Origin: Spirochaetota bacterium
GTDB lineage: Bacteria > Spirochaetota > UBA4802 > UBA5550
Direction: 5' to 3'
Assembly (NCBI GenBank): GCA_050298055.1
Contig: JBNKTL010000009.1
Span: forward strand, 32,001-96,000
Length of the DNA: 64,000 bases
Shown here: positions 29,314 through 37,809 of the stretch, piece after piece
Position numbering within the stretch: position 1 is the first letter of the stretch
Layout: each line of letters opens with the position of its first letter
Program-made: the position numbers and the translations under genes
Notes under the pieces: model-generated
The model's database searches: none
Seen by the model: the letters and a program-made list of their open reading frames with translations, nothing else
What the model was told of the DNA's origin: nothing

Positions 29314-30594
29314 ATGAAAACCCGGACTTCTTCAAAGACAATAAATGATCTCAATGCCATCCTTGATATTGAACAAAACCTCACAGGAAAAAGCTACCTT
29401 AAGGCGCTGATAAAAAATACGGCCCGGATATTAAATATTAAATATGTTCTGGTCGGCAAATCAACAGGACCTGACAACAGGCAGGTAAAAACAGAAATTG
29501 TCTGGGCGGATACGGACTTTGGGGATAACTTTGTCTATGATTTAAAAGGGACCCCCTGTGATAATGTTCTCAGCGGAAACCGGGTCTGTGTCTTTCCCAA
29601 TGAAGTGGCAAGTCAGTTCCCCGAAGATACTTTATTAAAGGAGATGGGAGTCTCGTCTTATATCGGGGCTCCAATTATTACTCCCGAAGAAGAACTCTCC
29701 AGCCTTCTGGTCTTACTGGATGACAAACCGATCATTAATGTGGATTATTTTAAATCGATAATTGATTTTCTGGCCATGCGGGCTTCCACGGAAATGGAAA
29801 GATATAAGATTGAAGAGAGCCTTAAGCAGCGGGTCAGTGAACAGACTGTTGAACTTGAGACGGCCAATGAAAAGCTTCAAAATGTATTAGAGGATCTGGA
29901 GGAGAGTATAGCCGCCAAGAACAGGTTTTTTTCAATTATTGCCCATGACCTGAGAAGTCCCTTTATCGGGCTTATCGGTTTTACGGAAATGGTCATGAAT
30001 AATTTTGAAAATTTTTCAAAAGATGATTTAAAAGGAATTTTTAAAGAAATTAATTCTTCAGGAAACATACTCTATAACCTGCTGGAAAATCTTCTTCACT
30101 GGTCCATGACACAGACCGGCTCACTCCCGTTCAATCCGAAAAGGTATAACCTGAATAAGCTGGTAAATGAAGTTCTCCTCATTCTGGAACAGAATGCCCG
30201 GGTAAAAGATATCGAACTGGAAGTAGTGGTCTCTGAAGGGGTCTATGCTGAATTTGACATTGATATGCTTAAATCTGCTTTAAGAAACCTGTTATCCAAT
30301 GCCATAAAATATTCTCATCCCGGAAGCCGGGTAACCCTGGAAGTCATAAAGGAGAATGACTTTACTCATGTTTCGGTCATTGACAGGGGAAAAGGAATAA
30401 AACCGGAAGATCTTGAAAAAATTTTTCAGATTGAGAACATACACTCCACCCAGGGGACTGCCGGTGAATCCGGGACCGGCCTGGGGTTGATTCTCGCGAA
30501 AGAGTATGTGGAAAAAAACGGAGGTCAGATCCGGGTTGAGAGTGAACCGGGAAAGGGCAGCCGGTTCAGCTTTGCCATTCCGGTGGTTTTATAA
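29314..30594 (+). CDS. Cytoplasmic GAF sensor histidine kinase
   Basis: YDLKGTPCDNV...SYIGAPI GAF; FSIIAHDLRSPF; NLLSNAIKYS; GESGTGLGL. Confidence 0.92.
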   Translation: MKTRTSSKTINDLNAILDIEQNLTGKSYLKALIKNTARILNIKYVLVGKSTGPDNRQVKTEIVWADTDFGDNFVYDLKGTPCDNVLSGNRVCVFPNEVASQFPEDTLLKEMGVSSYIGAPIITPEEELSSLLVLLDDKPIINVDYFKSIIDFLAMRASTEMERYKIEESLKQRVSEQTVELETANEKLQNVLEDLEESIAAKNRFFSIIAHDLRSPFIGLIGFTEMVMNNFENFSKDDLKGIFKEINSSGNILYNLLENLLHWSMTQTGSLPFNPKRYNLNKLVNEVLLILEQNARVKDIELEVVVSEGVYAEFDIDMLKSALRNLLSNAIKYSHPGSRVTLEVIKENDFTHVSVIDRGKGIKPEDLEKIFQIENIHSTQGTAGESGTGLGLILAKEYVEKNGGQIRVESEPGKGSRFSFAIPVVL

Positions 30595-30614
30595 AACTCT
30601 CTTTTGCCAGCCGA

Positions 30615-31247
30615 TTATTTACCTGTGGGTTTATATATATTAAAGGATTGGTGCTTTAAAACAGGATAACTTTCTGTGACAATAAATCCGGCCTTTTTTA
30701 GCTCTCTTTTTATTGTCTCCTCTTTAATAGCGTGACCAAAAAGCTTTCTGAAAAACCCGAGTTTCTTCGGATCATAATCAATTACTGCCAGTCTTCCCTT
30801 TTCTTTTAAGACAGATCTGAGTTGAGAAAAATATTCTACCCGGTTCTGGAAATCGTGATAGGCGTTTCTGATAAAGATCAGGTCTATTGAGTTTTTTTCC
30901 AGTTTTGAATCATCGTATTCAGCAAAAACAACAATAATATTTGAAATACCTTTCTCCCTGATTTTTTCCCGGATAAAGTCAACGCTCTTTTTGCTGATAT
31001 CCACTGAGTAGACTTTACCTTCCTCTCCAACAGCTTTAGAAAGCTTGAATGAGAAATATCCTCCTCCTGCTCCCAGATCAGCTACCGTGTTTCCCTTTTT
31101 CAATTTCAGGTATGGGATCACATCAATGGAATCGCGTTCCTCCCTTTCAGCCTGATCATTAAAATGCTGCGGGCTGCTGCATTCCATGAGACTTATGGCA
31201 AAAGTGATAACTATTACGGATTTGATTATATTAATTGTTTTTTTCAT
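30615..31247 (-). CDS. Class I SAM-dependent methyltransferase (exported/lipoprotein-like N-terminus)
   Basis: VADLGAGGGYF, VYSVDI, DLIF...YHD. Confidence 0.85.
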   Translation of the reverse strand: MKKTINIIKSVIVITFAISLMECSSPQHFNDQAEREERDSIDVIPYLKLKKGNTVADLGAGGGYFSFKLSKAVGEEGKVYSVDISKKSVDFIREKIREKGISNIIVVFAEYDDSKLEKNSIDLIFIRNAYHDFQNRVEYFSQLRSVLKEKGRLAVIDYDPKKLGFFRKLFGHAIKEETIKRELKKAGFIVTESYPVLKHQSFNIYKPTGK

Positions 31248-31306
31248 TTTTCTCTCCTTGTTAAATGATTAACATACTATTAAATGAATCCATAAAGTGT
31301 TTAATG

Positions 31307-31990
31307 TCAAGTGTCAGATATATTTTTTATTTGCCGATTTCCTGTTTCGGAGAAATAGATTTTCACCCTGTTAAATTCATCAGACTCCCCCATATCGGGG
31401 AATGTTGTTTCCCTTAGTTCGTCCATGAGCCTGTAGTCCCGGTTGGGGAATTCCTTTATCCGGCTGTCTGCAATAATGACCAGGGAAGCCAGCTGAGTGA
31501 ACTCCTCCAGCAGGGGATAGTTGTTCCTGTCATAGAGGATGTCCGCGGCAAGCAGAACGTCAAAGGGGAGATCAAGTCCCTCCAGTGTTGTAACAGCTTT
31601 CAGGTCAATCCTGTTCAGAACGGCATTTTCTTCCGCGGCTGTGATGGCATGGGGGTCCATATCCAGGGCGACAACCTCACGGGCCCCGGCCTGCTTCGCC
31701 GCAATGGCCGTAACTCCGCTGCCGCAGCCAAAATCGAGGACACGCTTCCCCTGAACATGGCCGGGTCGTTCTAATATCCATCTGGCAAGGGCCTGTCCGC
31801 TTGCCCAGCAGAAGGTCCAGTAGGGGGGATCTTCCATGAGCGAATGCATTATTTCTCCGGAAAGTTTTCCTCCCGGGAAATCTTTGCTGACCAGGTATAA
31901 GCGGATTTCCTGCACATGGGGAAGGTCCTGGGGCTCAATCCTTGCGGAGGGTATGCGGGTATCTACGATTTTCTGTAATATTTTGCTCAT
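31307..31990 (-). CDS. Protein lysine methyltransferase (ETFB-KMT/PrmA-like)
   Basis: PPYWTFCWASGQALARW, VLDFGCGSG, AADILYD. Confidence 0.85.
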   Translation of the reverse strand: MSKILQKIVDTRIPSARIEPQDLPHVQEIRLYLVSKDFPGGKLSGEIMHSLMEDPPYWTFCWASGQALARWILERPGHVQGKRVLDFGCGSGVTAIAAKQAGAREVVALDMDPHAITAAEENAVLNRIDLKAVTTLEGLDLPFDVLLAADILYDRNNYPLLEEFTQLASLVIIADSRIKEFPNRDYRLMDELRETTFPDMGESDEFNRVKIYFSETGNRQIKNISDT

Positions 31991-32079
31991 GGTTTCAGTA
32001 TTGGATAAAATACCGATGTTTTCTTTTCAATAAAAAAAGTTTTACGGTGTGGCCTTAATGGTCCATTACTTAAAAAATC

Positions 32080-32107
32080 GAACAAGGGGGCAGAGCCCCC
32101 CTTGTTC
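32080..32107. terminator. Hairpin (terminator or REP-like) downstream of the FGE lipoprotein gene
   Basis: gaacaagggggc-aga-gccccccttgttc, followed by a T-run on the minus strand. Confidence 0.55.
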
Positions 32108-32202
32108 TTCCCATTGTAAGAGGTAAAGATGTAAAAATCCGCTGAACAGGATGTTTAAATGCCGCCCCTGTCCGGGATAAGCGAAAATGGGGCGGCTAAA
32201 AA

Positions 32203-33306
32203 TTACTGGGTCCTCGCAAAGCGAAAGCCCAGGATGTAGATATCGTAAGATGGAGATTCGCCGTCCAAAGTGCCAATATTCAGACCAGTATTGCTGTTCC
32301 AGGCACCGCCCCGGGCCACGCGATAAGTCCCCCCATTCGCAGTAAAACACCACTCCCATACATTTCCGCTCATATCGTAAAGACCCAGAGTATTGGGCGC
32401 TTTTGTTTTCACTGCCGCTACCTCTGTTACACCGGTTGAGACCCATGAACTGCCATTATAATAGTAACCATACACCGCTACCCGGTCATTGGCCTCCTTG
32501 CCGTCTACAACACTGCTTGTATCCGTATCTGATGTGTCATCGTAATAGGTCGTGGCGCCGCTGGCTGAATTGCCTTTAGTAAAACAGGGATCTGTATATC
32601 CTGATACTATATTAGTTGAATCGCTGCCCCTGTACCGTGCGGCGTACTCCCACTCATCACTTGTGGGAAGGCGGTAACCGGTCTTCGCGGTATCTTCAAC
32701 AGTATCCGCATGGTCCCAGCTGCTGCTTATTCCGGAATATGCTGCATTACCGGTATTTCCGTCACGCATCTCCGTAAGCCAGTTGCAGAACATTATGGCG
32801 CCGTACCAGCTCACGTACACTACGGGATGGTCCTCATAGCCCGGGGCCACGGAAAAGGTGTCCGTGCTCTCGTCATAGCTTATCTTCATATAGAATGAAG
32901 AGGCGTCAAGATCAATGAGCTCCTGTGCCCCATACATCACTGTTGAAGCGCTTACCTCATTATGCTCTCCCCCGGTCTCCACGATTTTACCATTGTCAAG
33001 GGCCCACTGCAATACTTTGGCGAACAAGCCGTTGGTCACCTCTGTCTCACTGAGAAAGAACTTTGTGGTTATAGTTGCTGTCCCGCTGTCATCTGCATTA
33101 GTAGGAAAGGTAATGCTTGCCTGGTTGTTGGCGTAAATCATTGCAGCGGTTTCCGAACCAACGGAAATGTCCACTGACTGCCCGGGTGTATCGGCTGAAT
33201 CAAAGGTTACAGGTATACTCCCTCCGCCACCGCCGTCATCGCCGCAGGCAGTAATAAGTGATGCCGCAAACATCAGCACAAATAGTAGATAAATTTTTCT
33301 ACTCAT
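32203..33306 (-). CDS. FGE-sulfatase (SUMF1/CLec-fold) domain lipoprotein
   Basis: Lipobox ITAC; ETEVT, HPVVYVSWY, GYRLPTSDEWEYAAR, PNTLGLYDMSGNVWEW, RGGAW, LGFRFARTQ; start at ATG 33306. Confidence 0.9.
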   Translation of the reverse strand: MSRKIYLLFVLMFAASLITACGDDGGGGGSIPVTFDSADTPGQSVDISVGSETAAMIYANNQASITFPTNADDSGTATITTKFFLSETEVTNGLFAKVLQWALDNGKIVETGGEHNEVSASTVMYGAQELIDLDASSFYMKISYDESTDTFSVAPGYEDHPVVYVSWYGAIMFCNWLTEMRDGNTGNAAYSGISSSWDHADTVEDTAKTGYRLPTSDEWEYAARYRGSDSTNIVSGYTDPCFTKGNSASGATTYYDDTSDTDTSSVVDGKEANDRVAVYGYYYNGSSWVSTGVTEVAAVKTKAPNTLGLYDMSGNVWEWCFTANGGTYRVARGGAWNSNTGLNIGTLDGESPSYDIYILGFRFARTQ

Positions 33307-33319
33307 TATTCTTCCTCTC

Positions 33320-34096
33320 TTAATGGAGCTTCCAGGAGATCTTTTTCTTATCAAATTGATAAAAGATCACCTCTTTTGTTTTACCGGTTATAAGCCCGTT
33401 GTTTTTAAAACATGCCCTGTCGGTCTGTTCCCATATAGTGTATGTAACACCGTCTCCGGGTATGCAGCGGGTTTTGTAAACCAGGTCGCTTGATTTTGTT
33501 GTTTTACCCGCGGTTTTTCTCTTTTCGGTTCCAACTGAGATATCCATCCGTCCCATTTTTCTTTTTGCCTGGTAGGGGCGGGTTTTTGAGTAGTTTTTGA
33601 TCTCAACGCAGATTTCCCTGCCGGTAACGGAGATTGAGACATTGTTATCTAGGTGTTGAACCGGTTTGTCGCACTGGTTGTTCCGGAATCCGCTTATGCT
33701 GGGTTCCGCCCAGCGGGATTTCAGCGGTTTGCGGCTTCTCAGGGGATTTTTCGCGGGGATATTATAGAATTTCCTGGCATAGGAGGATTTCATCCTTCCG
33801 GACAGATCCTCAGAGGCCTTCTTATATCCTGCAATACACGGTTCAAGCTCTGTGAAAAGTCCTTTGTTCTTTTCGCCGGGGCATTGTCTTTGAAGGTTTT
33901 CAAACTCATATTTAACGGTCTGGTACATCCTGCCGTTTGGAGAGATGTTATCACACCTGCTCTGTCTAAAGTATGAGGCCCCCGCCTTGCATTCGGGGCT
34001 TGGCCCTCCTGCCGCCACGGGCATGCTGAAGCATGAACTTAAAAGCGCCGCAGAGAAAGCGGAACCCAGAGCTGCTAATACGATCTGTTTTTTCAT
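33320..34096 (-). CDS. Cys-rich lipoprotein, hypothetical
   Basis: Lipobox LSSC; N-terminal C-x11-C-x23-C-x14-C module plus four more Cys; start overlaps the stop of the upstream gene. Confidence 0.78.
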   Translation of the reverse strand: MKKQIVLAALGSAFSAALLSSCFSMPVAAGGPSPECKAGASYFRQSRCDNISPNGRMYQTVKYEFENLQRQCPGEKNKGLFTELEPCIAGYKKASEDLSGRMKSSYARKFYNIPAKNPLRSRKPLKSRWAEPSISGFRNNQCDKPVQHLDNNVSISVTGREICVEIKNYSKTRPYQAKRKMGRMDISVGTEKRKTAGKTTKSSDLVYKTRCIPGDGVTYTIWEQTDRACFKNNGLITGKTKEVIFYQFDKKKISWKLH

Positions 34097-34404
34097 CTTT
34101 CCCTGCTCCTGAGATCCTCAATACATTTATCGATTTTTTTCAGCTCTTTCTGGCTTGCGGCGTCTTTACAGTTCAGGGAAATGCTGTTCCGTGTCCGCTG
34201 AACATTATCGCTGTATCCCGCCGGCACACTTTTCGGCTTTTTCGCGCAGTAGTTCTTATAGACATCATTAATTGTTTTTATGCAGTTTCCACTGCCCGCC
34301 TGCCTCTCCTTCTGGATTGCAGAGTTGAAATCGGGCGTCATTGCGCACGAAACAACCGTAAGAAATGATGCGGCAACAAATGCTGTGATTAATAGTGATT
34401 TCAT
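34093..34404 (-). CDS. Small Cys-rich lipoprotein, hypothetical
   Basis: AAGGAG RBS; lipobox VVSC; C-x11-C-x25-C-x14-C. Confidence 0.8.
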   Translation of the reverse strand: MKSLLITAFVAASFLTVVSCAMTPDFNSAIQKERQAGSGNCIKTINDVYKNYCAKKPKSVPAGYSDNVQRTRNSISLNCKDAASQKELKKIDKCIEDLRSRER

Positions 34405-34654
34405 TTTTTTATTCTCCTTGTTTTAAAAATGTTTTAATAAAAAATAAGATGATAAAAATATTCATTAAGGTAAATCAAAAAAGATGAGGCGAATGTGAAT
34501 CGCTACTCATACGGTGTAAACGACATGCTGACCTGCAAAAAGTCATTTTCATCGGTCAAATAATTTTGTATTATAGAAGGGGATGAGGTTAACGGACTCT
34601 TTCTTTGAAAGGGTATTATATATTCCCGTCCCGAATTATTGTGAAAGAAGGAAA

Positions 34655-35386
34655 TTGAAATTGTATCATATACTGATTGTGGAAGATGATAAACATGCAT
34701 GCCAGTACCTGCTTCAATTGTTGAAGGATGAACCTGACATTGAATCGGTCCGGTCGGCTTCATCGGGTTCCGAGGCATTGCCTTTTTTGCAAAATGACAC
34801 GGCGGACCTTGTTTTCCTTGATATCCACCTCCCCGATATTACCGGGATGGAACTGCTGGAAAAGCTGGAAAGGGTCCCCTATATTATTTTCATGACCGTT
34901 GATGAAAAGTATGCCCGGAAGGCCTTTGATGTGGGCGCGGTGGATTTCCTCTTGAAGCCTTTCAGCCGGGAACGGCTGAAAAAATCCCTGGAACGGTTCC
35001 GTGTTTTTTTTCAGTCCTCGGAAAAGGAGACTCTTTCTTCACCCCTGCTTCAGCTGGGGCTTACCCTGCAGGTGAGGGACAAACACTATTTTCTGCCGTA
35101 TAATAAAGTGGTCTACCTTTCCGCCCACAATAAAAAAACCATTATTCATTTGAAGGATTCGGAGGTTGAGATTAACAGGTACCTGGGAGATATCCAGGCA
35201 GAGCTTCCCGAATCGTTTTTTTCCAGAATACACAAGCAGTTCATCATCAACAATACCTTTTTTTCCCATTACCAGTATTTCTCCGGGGGCCGTTACATGG
35301 TCTACCTGGACGATGATGAAGAGACAGTGCTGCCCATTGGCCGCAAATATTTTCCGGAATTTAAAAACAGGTACCGGGGAAAATGA
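34655..35386 (+). CDS. LytTR-family response regulator
   Basis: ILIVEDD, FLDIHLP, DFLLKPF, FSRIHKQFIIN, LPIGRKY; TTG start at 34655 or 34661 inferred. Confidence 0.9.
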   Translation: MKLYHILIVEDDKHACQYLLQLLKDEPDIESVRSASSGSEALPFLQNDTADLVFLDIHLPDITGMELLEKLERVPYIIFMTVDEKYARKAFDVGAVDFLLKPFSRERLKKSLERFRVFFQSSEKETLSSPLLQLGLTLQVRDKHYFLPYNKVVYLSAHNKKTIIHLKDSEVEINRYLGDIQAELPESFFSRIHKQFIINNTFFSHYQYFSGGRYMVYLDDDEETVLPIGRKYFPEFKNRYRGK

Positions 35387-37788
35387 TGGACTCTTTTACC
35401 GGGACACCGGGCTGTTTTTTTTTACAAATACAACGTCTGTTCAGAAGGAATAAATATCCGCTCCTTCCCGCCGTTACTTTTTTCCTGCTGATTTTTCAAA
35501 TGGGAGCAGTTCTTTACGCCGGGGAAAAGATTCATACGGGGGTTATTGAATTATCGGAAAAAACAGACCGTTTTTATATTGGCCTGAAGGGAGAGTATCT
35601 TGAGGACAGATCGGGGGGACTGTCGTTTGAACAGGTCATCTCCTCCGAATATGCCCGAAGGTTTATGCCAATTAATCAAAAGATCATGAATATCGGGTAT
35701 ACCGGTTCTGTTTACTGGGTCCGGTTTCAGGTCAAAAACAGGGACAGTCAGAAAAACCGGTGGTGGCTGAATATCCAGCAGGTCTGGGCACGAAAGATTG
35801 ATATCTACATCAGGTATCATGATCATACCGTTCACAGAGAGGCAGGTGTGAATTTTCCTTTCCCTCAGAGGGAAGTAAAAATTAATGATTTTGTTTTTCC
35901 CCTGGTGCTCAGTGAGAATAAACCGGTCCGGGTCTATATCCGGATCTCTTCATCTTCTCTGCAGATGAATATCTCCCTCTGGTCCCCGGCGAGATACATG
36001 GAAGAATACAGTCTCCGGGAGCTTTTCAACGGTTTCTATTACGGGTTGATCTTTGTCATGGCAATTTATACCTTTATGATCTTCCTGTCAGTCCTTGACA
36101 GGAGTTATCTCTATTATGCCCTCTACCTGACCTTCATGGGGCTTTTTCTGCTCTCCAACAGCGGGTACGCCTTTAGTTACATCTGGCCCCATATGGCAGA
36201 AACGGGGATTTCCGTATATTTTATCTTTGTCTCTCTCCTGCTTATTGTAGGGATATTTCTGTCGGTACATTTCCTTGATATGAGAAAGAACTTTCCGAAG
36301 GTGTACAGGTTTATGATGATCCTGACCGCCGCGCCGGTGAGTATAGCGGTTCTTTTTTTCTTTCCCCGGGTTCGGGAAAGCGTCTACCTGAGACCTTTTA
36401 CGGTACTTACCGGCAGTGTGATCATTCTTATGAGTTTTATCATCTCTTTTATCTCCTTCAGGAGGGGATTCCGTCCCGCCCGCTATTATATGCTCGCCTG
36501 GATTTTCCTTCTGGGAGGAGTAACGGTCTTCATGCTGAAACAGTTCGGAGTAATTCCCGAAAGTGTTTTTTTCGAATATGGGATACATATCGGTAACACC
36601 CTGGAGGTGGCTTTTATCTCTCTCGCCCTCACCCACAGGATTCGTCTTATCAGGAGGGAGAAAGAGAACGCCCAGTTAAATGCCCTTGAAGCCCAGCGGG
36701 TTCTTGCCGAAGAGCTTGAGGAAAAGGTCCGTGAACGGACGAACAGTCTCCAGCAGAGCGAGGCCCGGTTCCGCGCACTGGCGGATGCCACTTTCGAAGG
36801 GATCATCATCTGCCGGCAGAGGCGGATCATCGACTGCAATTATATCATTATGGATATGTCCGGGTACACGGCCCTTGAGATGGATGGGAAAACCGTCACC
36901 GGCCTTTTCCTTTCCAGGGACAATGACCTCTTCAGGAAGATATTCCGTTCCGGTCTCAATCATCCCGTTGAAATTCTCATGAAAACAAAAAAGGGCACGT
37001 TTATCCCCGTGGAGATACTGGGGAAGAACATCTCCCAGGGGGGAAAAAAAATCCTCATCATTGCCGTTCGCGATATCCGGGAGAGGAAGAAAACCCGGCG
37101 GATGAAGGAAAATATTGAAAGGATGATACGGCATGATCTGAAAACTCCTCTTTCGGCAATCATTGAATTTTCCAACCTCATGGCTTCCGGGACCGGACCA
37201 CCCCGATACCGGAAATTTGCCGGGATCATACGGGAAAACAGCCTGCAGATGAATGAAATGCTGGGTCAATCCCTGGACCTCTTTAAGATAGAGGAGGGCA
37301 TTTACCATATTTTTCCGGCGGAATTTGATATGCTGTCTCTCTTAAAACGGATAGACAGGAATTTTTCCGGACTTAAAAGGTCTTTCGGGGTGCAGGTCCT
37401 AATGAGGCTTGATAACAGGGAAATAAGCGAAACAGCGGAATATCCCATTGTTGGGGACGAGAACCAGTTATATAACCTCTTTGCCAATCTTATTAAAAAT
37501 GCCATCGAAGCGTCCCAACCGGAGGGATGTGTCAGCATTTCTTTATCCCGGGGGAAGTCATACCACCAGGTACGGATACACAATGAGGGTGAAATTCCCG
37601 AAGAAATAAAATCGCGGATTTTCGAAGCTTACGTTACCGGCGGGAAAACCGGCGGAATGGGACTGGGTATTTACAGTGCCCGGATTATTGCTGCTTCGCA
37701 CCGGGGGGATATTTCATTTAAAACATCAAAAAATGGGGGAACAACATTTTCGGTTAAACTTCCCTTTAAATTACCGGAGAGAAAATGA
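35383..37788 (+). CDS. 7TM-DISM (DISMED2 + 7TMR) PAS histidine kinase, paralog 1
   Basis: YLED...NIGYTGSVYWVRF, 7 TMs (YYG, PARYYMLAW), PAS, RHDLKTPLS, NLIKNAIEAS, GMGLG. Confidence 0.9.
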   Translation: MMDSFTGTPGCFFLQIQRLFRRNKYPLLPAVTFFLLIFQMGAVLYAGEKIHTGVIELSEKTDRFYIGLKGEYLEDRSGGLSFEQVISSEYARRFMPINQKIMNIGYTGSVYWVRFQVKNRDSQKNRWWLNIQQVWARKIDIYIRYHDHTVHREAGVNFPFPQREVKINDFVFPLVLSENKPVRVYIRISSSSLQMNISLWSPARYMEEYSLRELFNGFYYGLIFVMAIYTFMIFLSVLDRSYLYYALYLTFMGLFLLSNSGYAFSYIWPHMAETGISVYFIFVSLLLIVGIFLSVHFLDMRKNFPKVYRFMMILTAAPVSIAVLFFFPRVRESVYLRPFTVLTGSVIILMSFIISFISFRRGFRPARYYMLAWIFLLGGVTVFMLKQFGVIPESVFFEYGIHIGNTLEVAFISLALTHRIRLIRREKENAQLNALEAQRVLAEELEEKVRERTNSLQQSEARFRALADATFEGIIICRQRRIIDCNYIIMDMSGYTALEMDGKTVTGLFLSRDNDLFRKIFRSGLNHPVEILMKTKKGTFIPVEILGKNISQGGKKILIIAVRDIRERKKTRRMKENIERMIRHDLKTPLSAIIEFSNLMASGTGPPRYRKFAGIIRENSLQMNEMLGQSLDLFKIEEGIYHIFPAEFDMLSLLKRIDRNFSGLKRSFGVQVLMRLDNREISETAEYPIVGDENQLYNLFANLIKNAIEASQPEGCVSISLSRGKSYHQVRIHNEGEIPEEIKSRIFEAYVTGGKTGGMGLGIYSARIIAASHRGDISFKTSKNGGTTFSVKLPFKLPERK
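36949..37061 (+). repeat. 113 bp tract identical to 39343-39455
   Basis: Base-by-base identity read by eye inside the PAS-coding region of the two kinase paralogs. Confidence 0.85.
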
Positions 37789-37809
37789 CTTTTAAAGCTG
37801 CCCGGTATC

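Noticed and set aside
32066..32446. 126 aa ORF overlapping the FGE gene 3' end
   Set aside because: Alternative frame over a real gene and its hairpins; no protein-like features.
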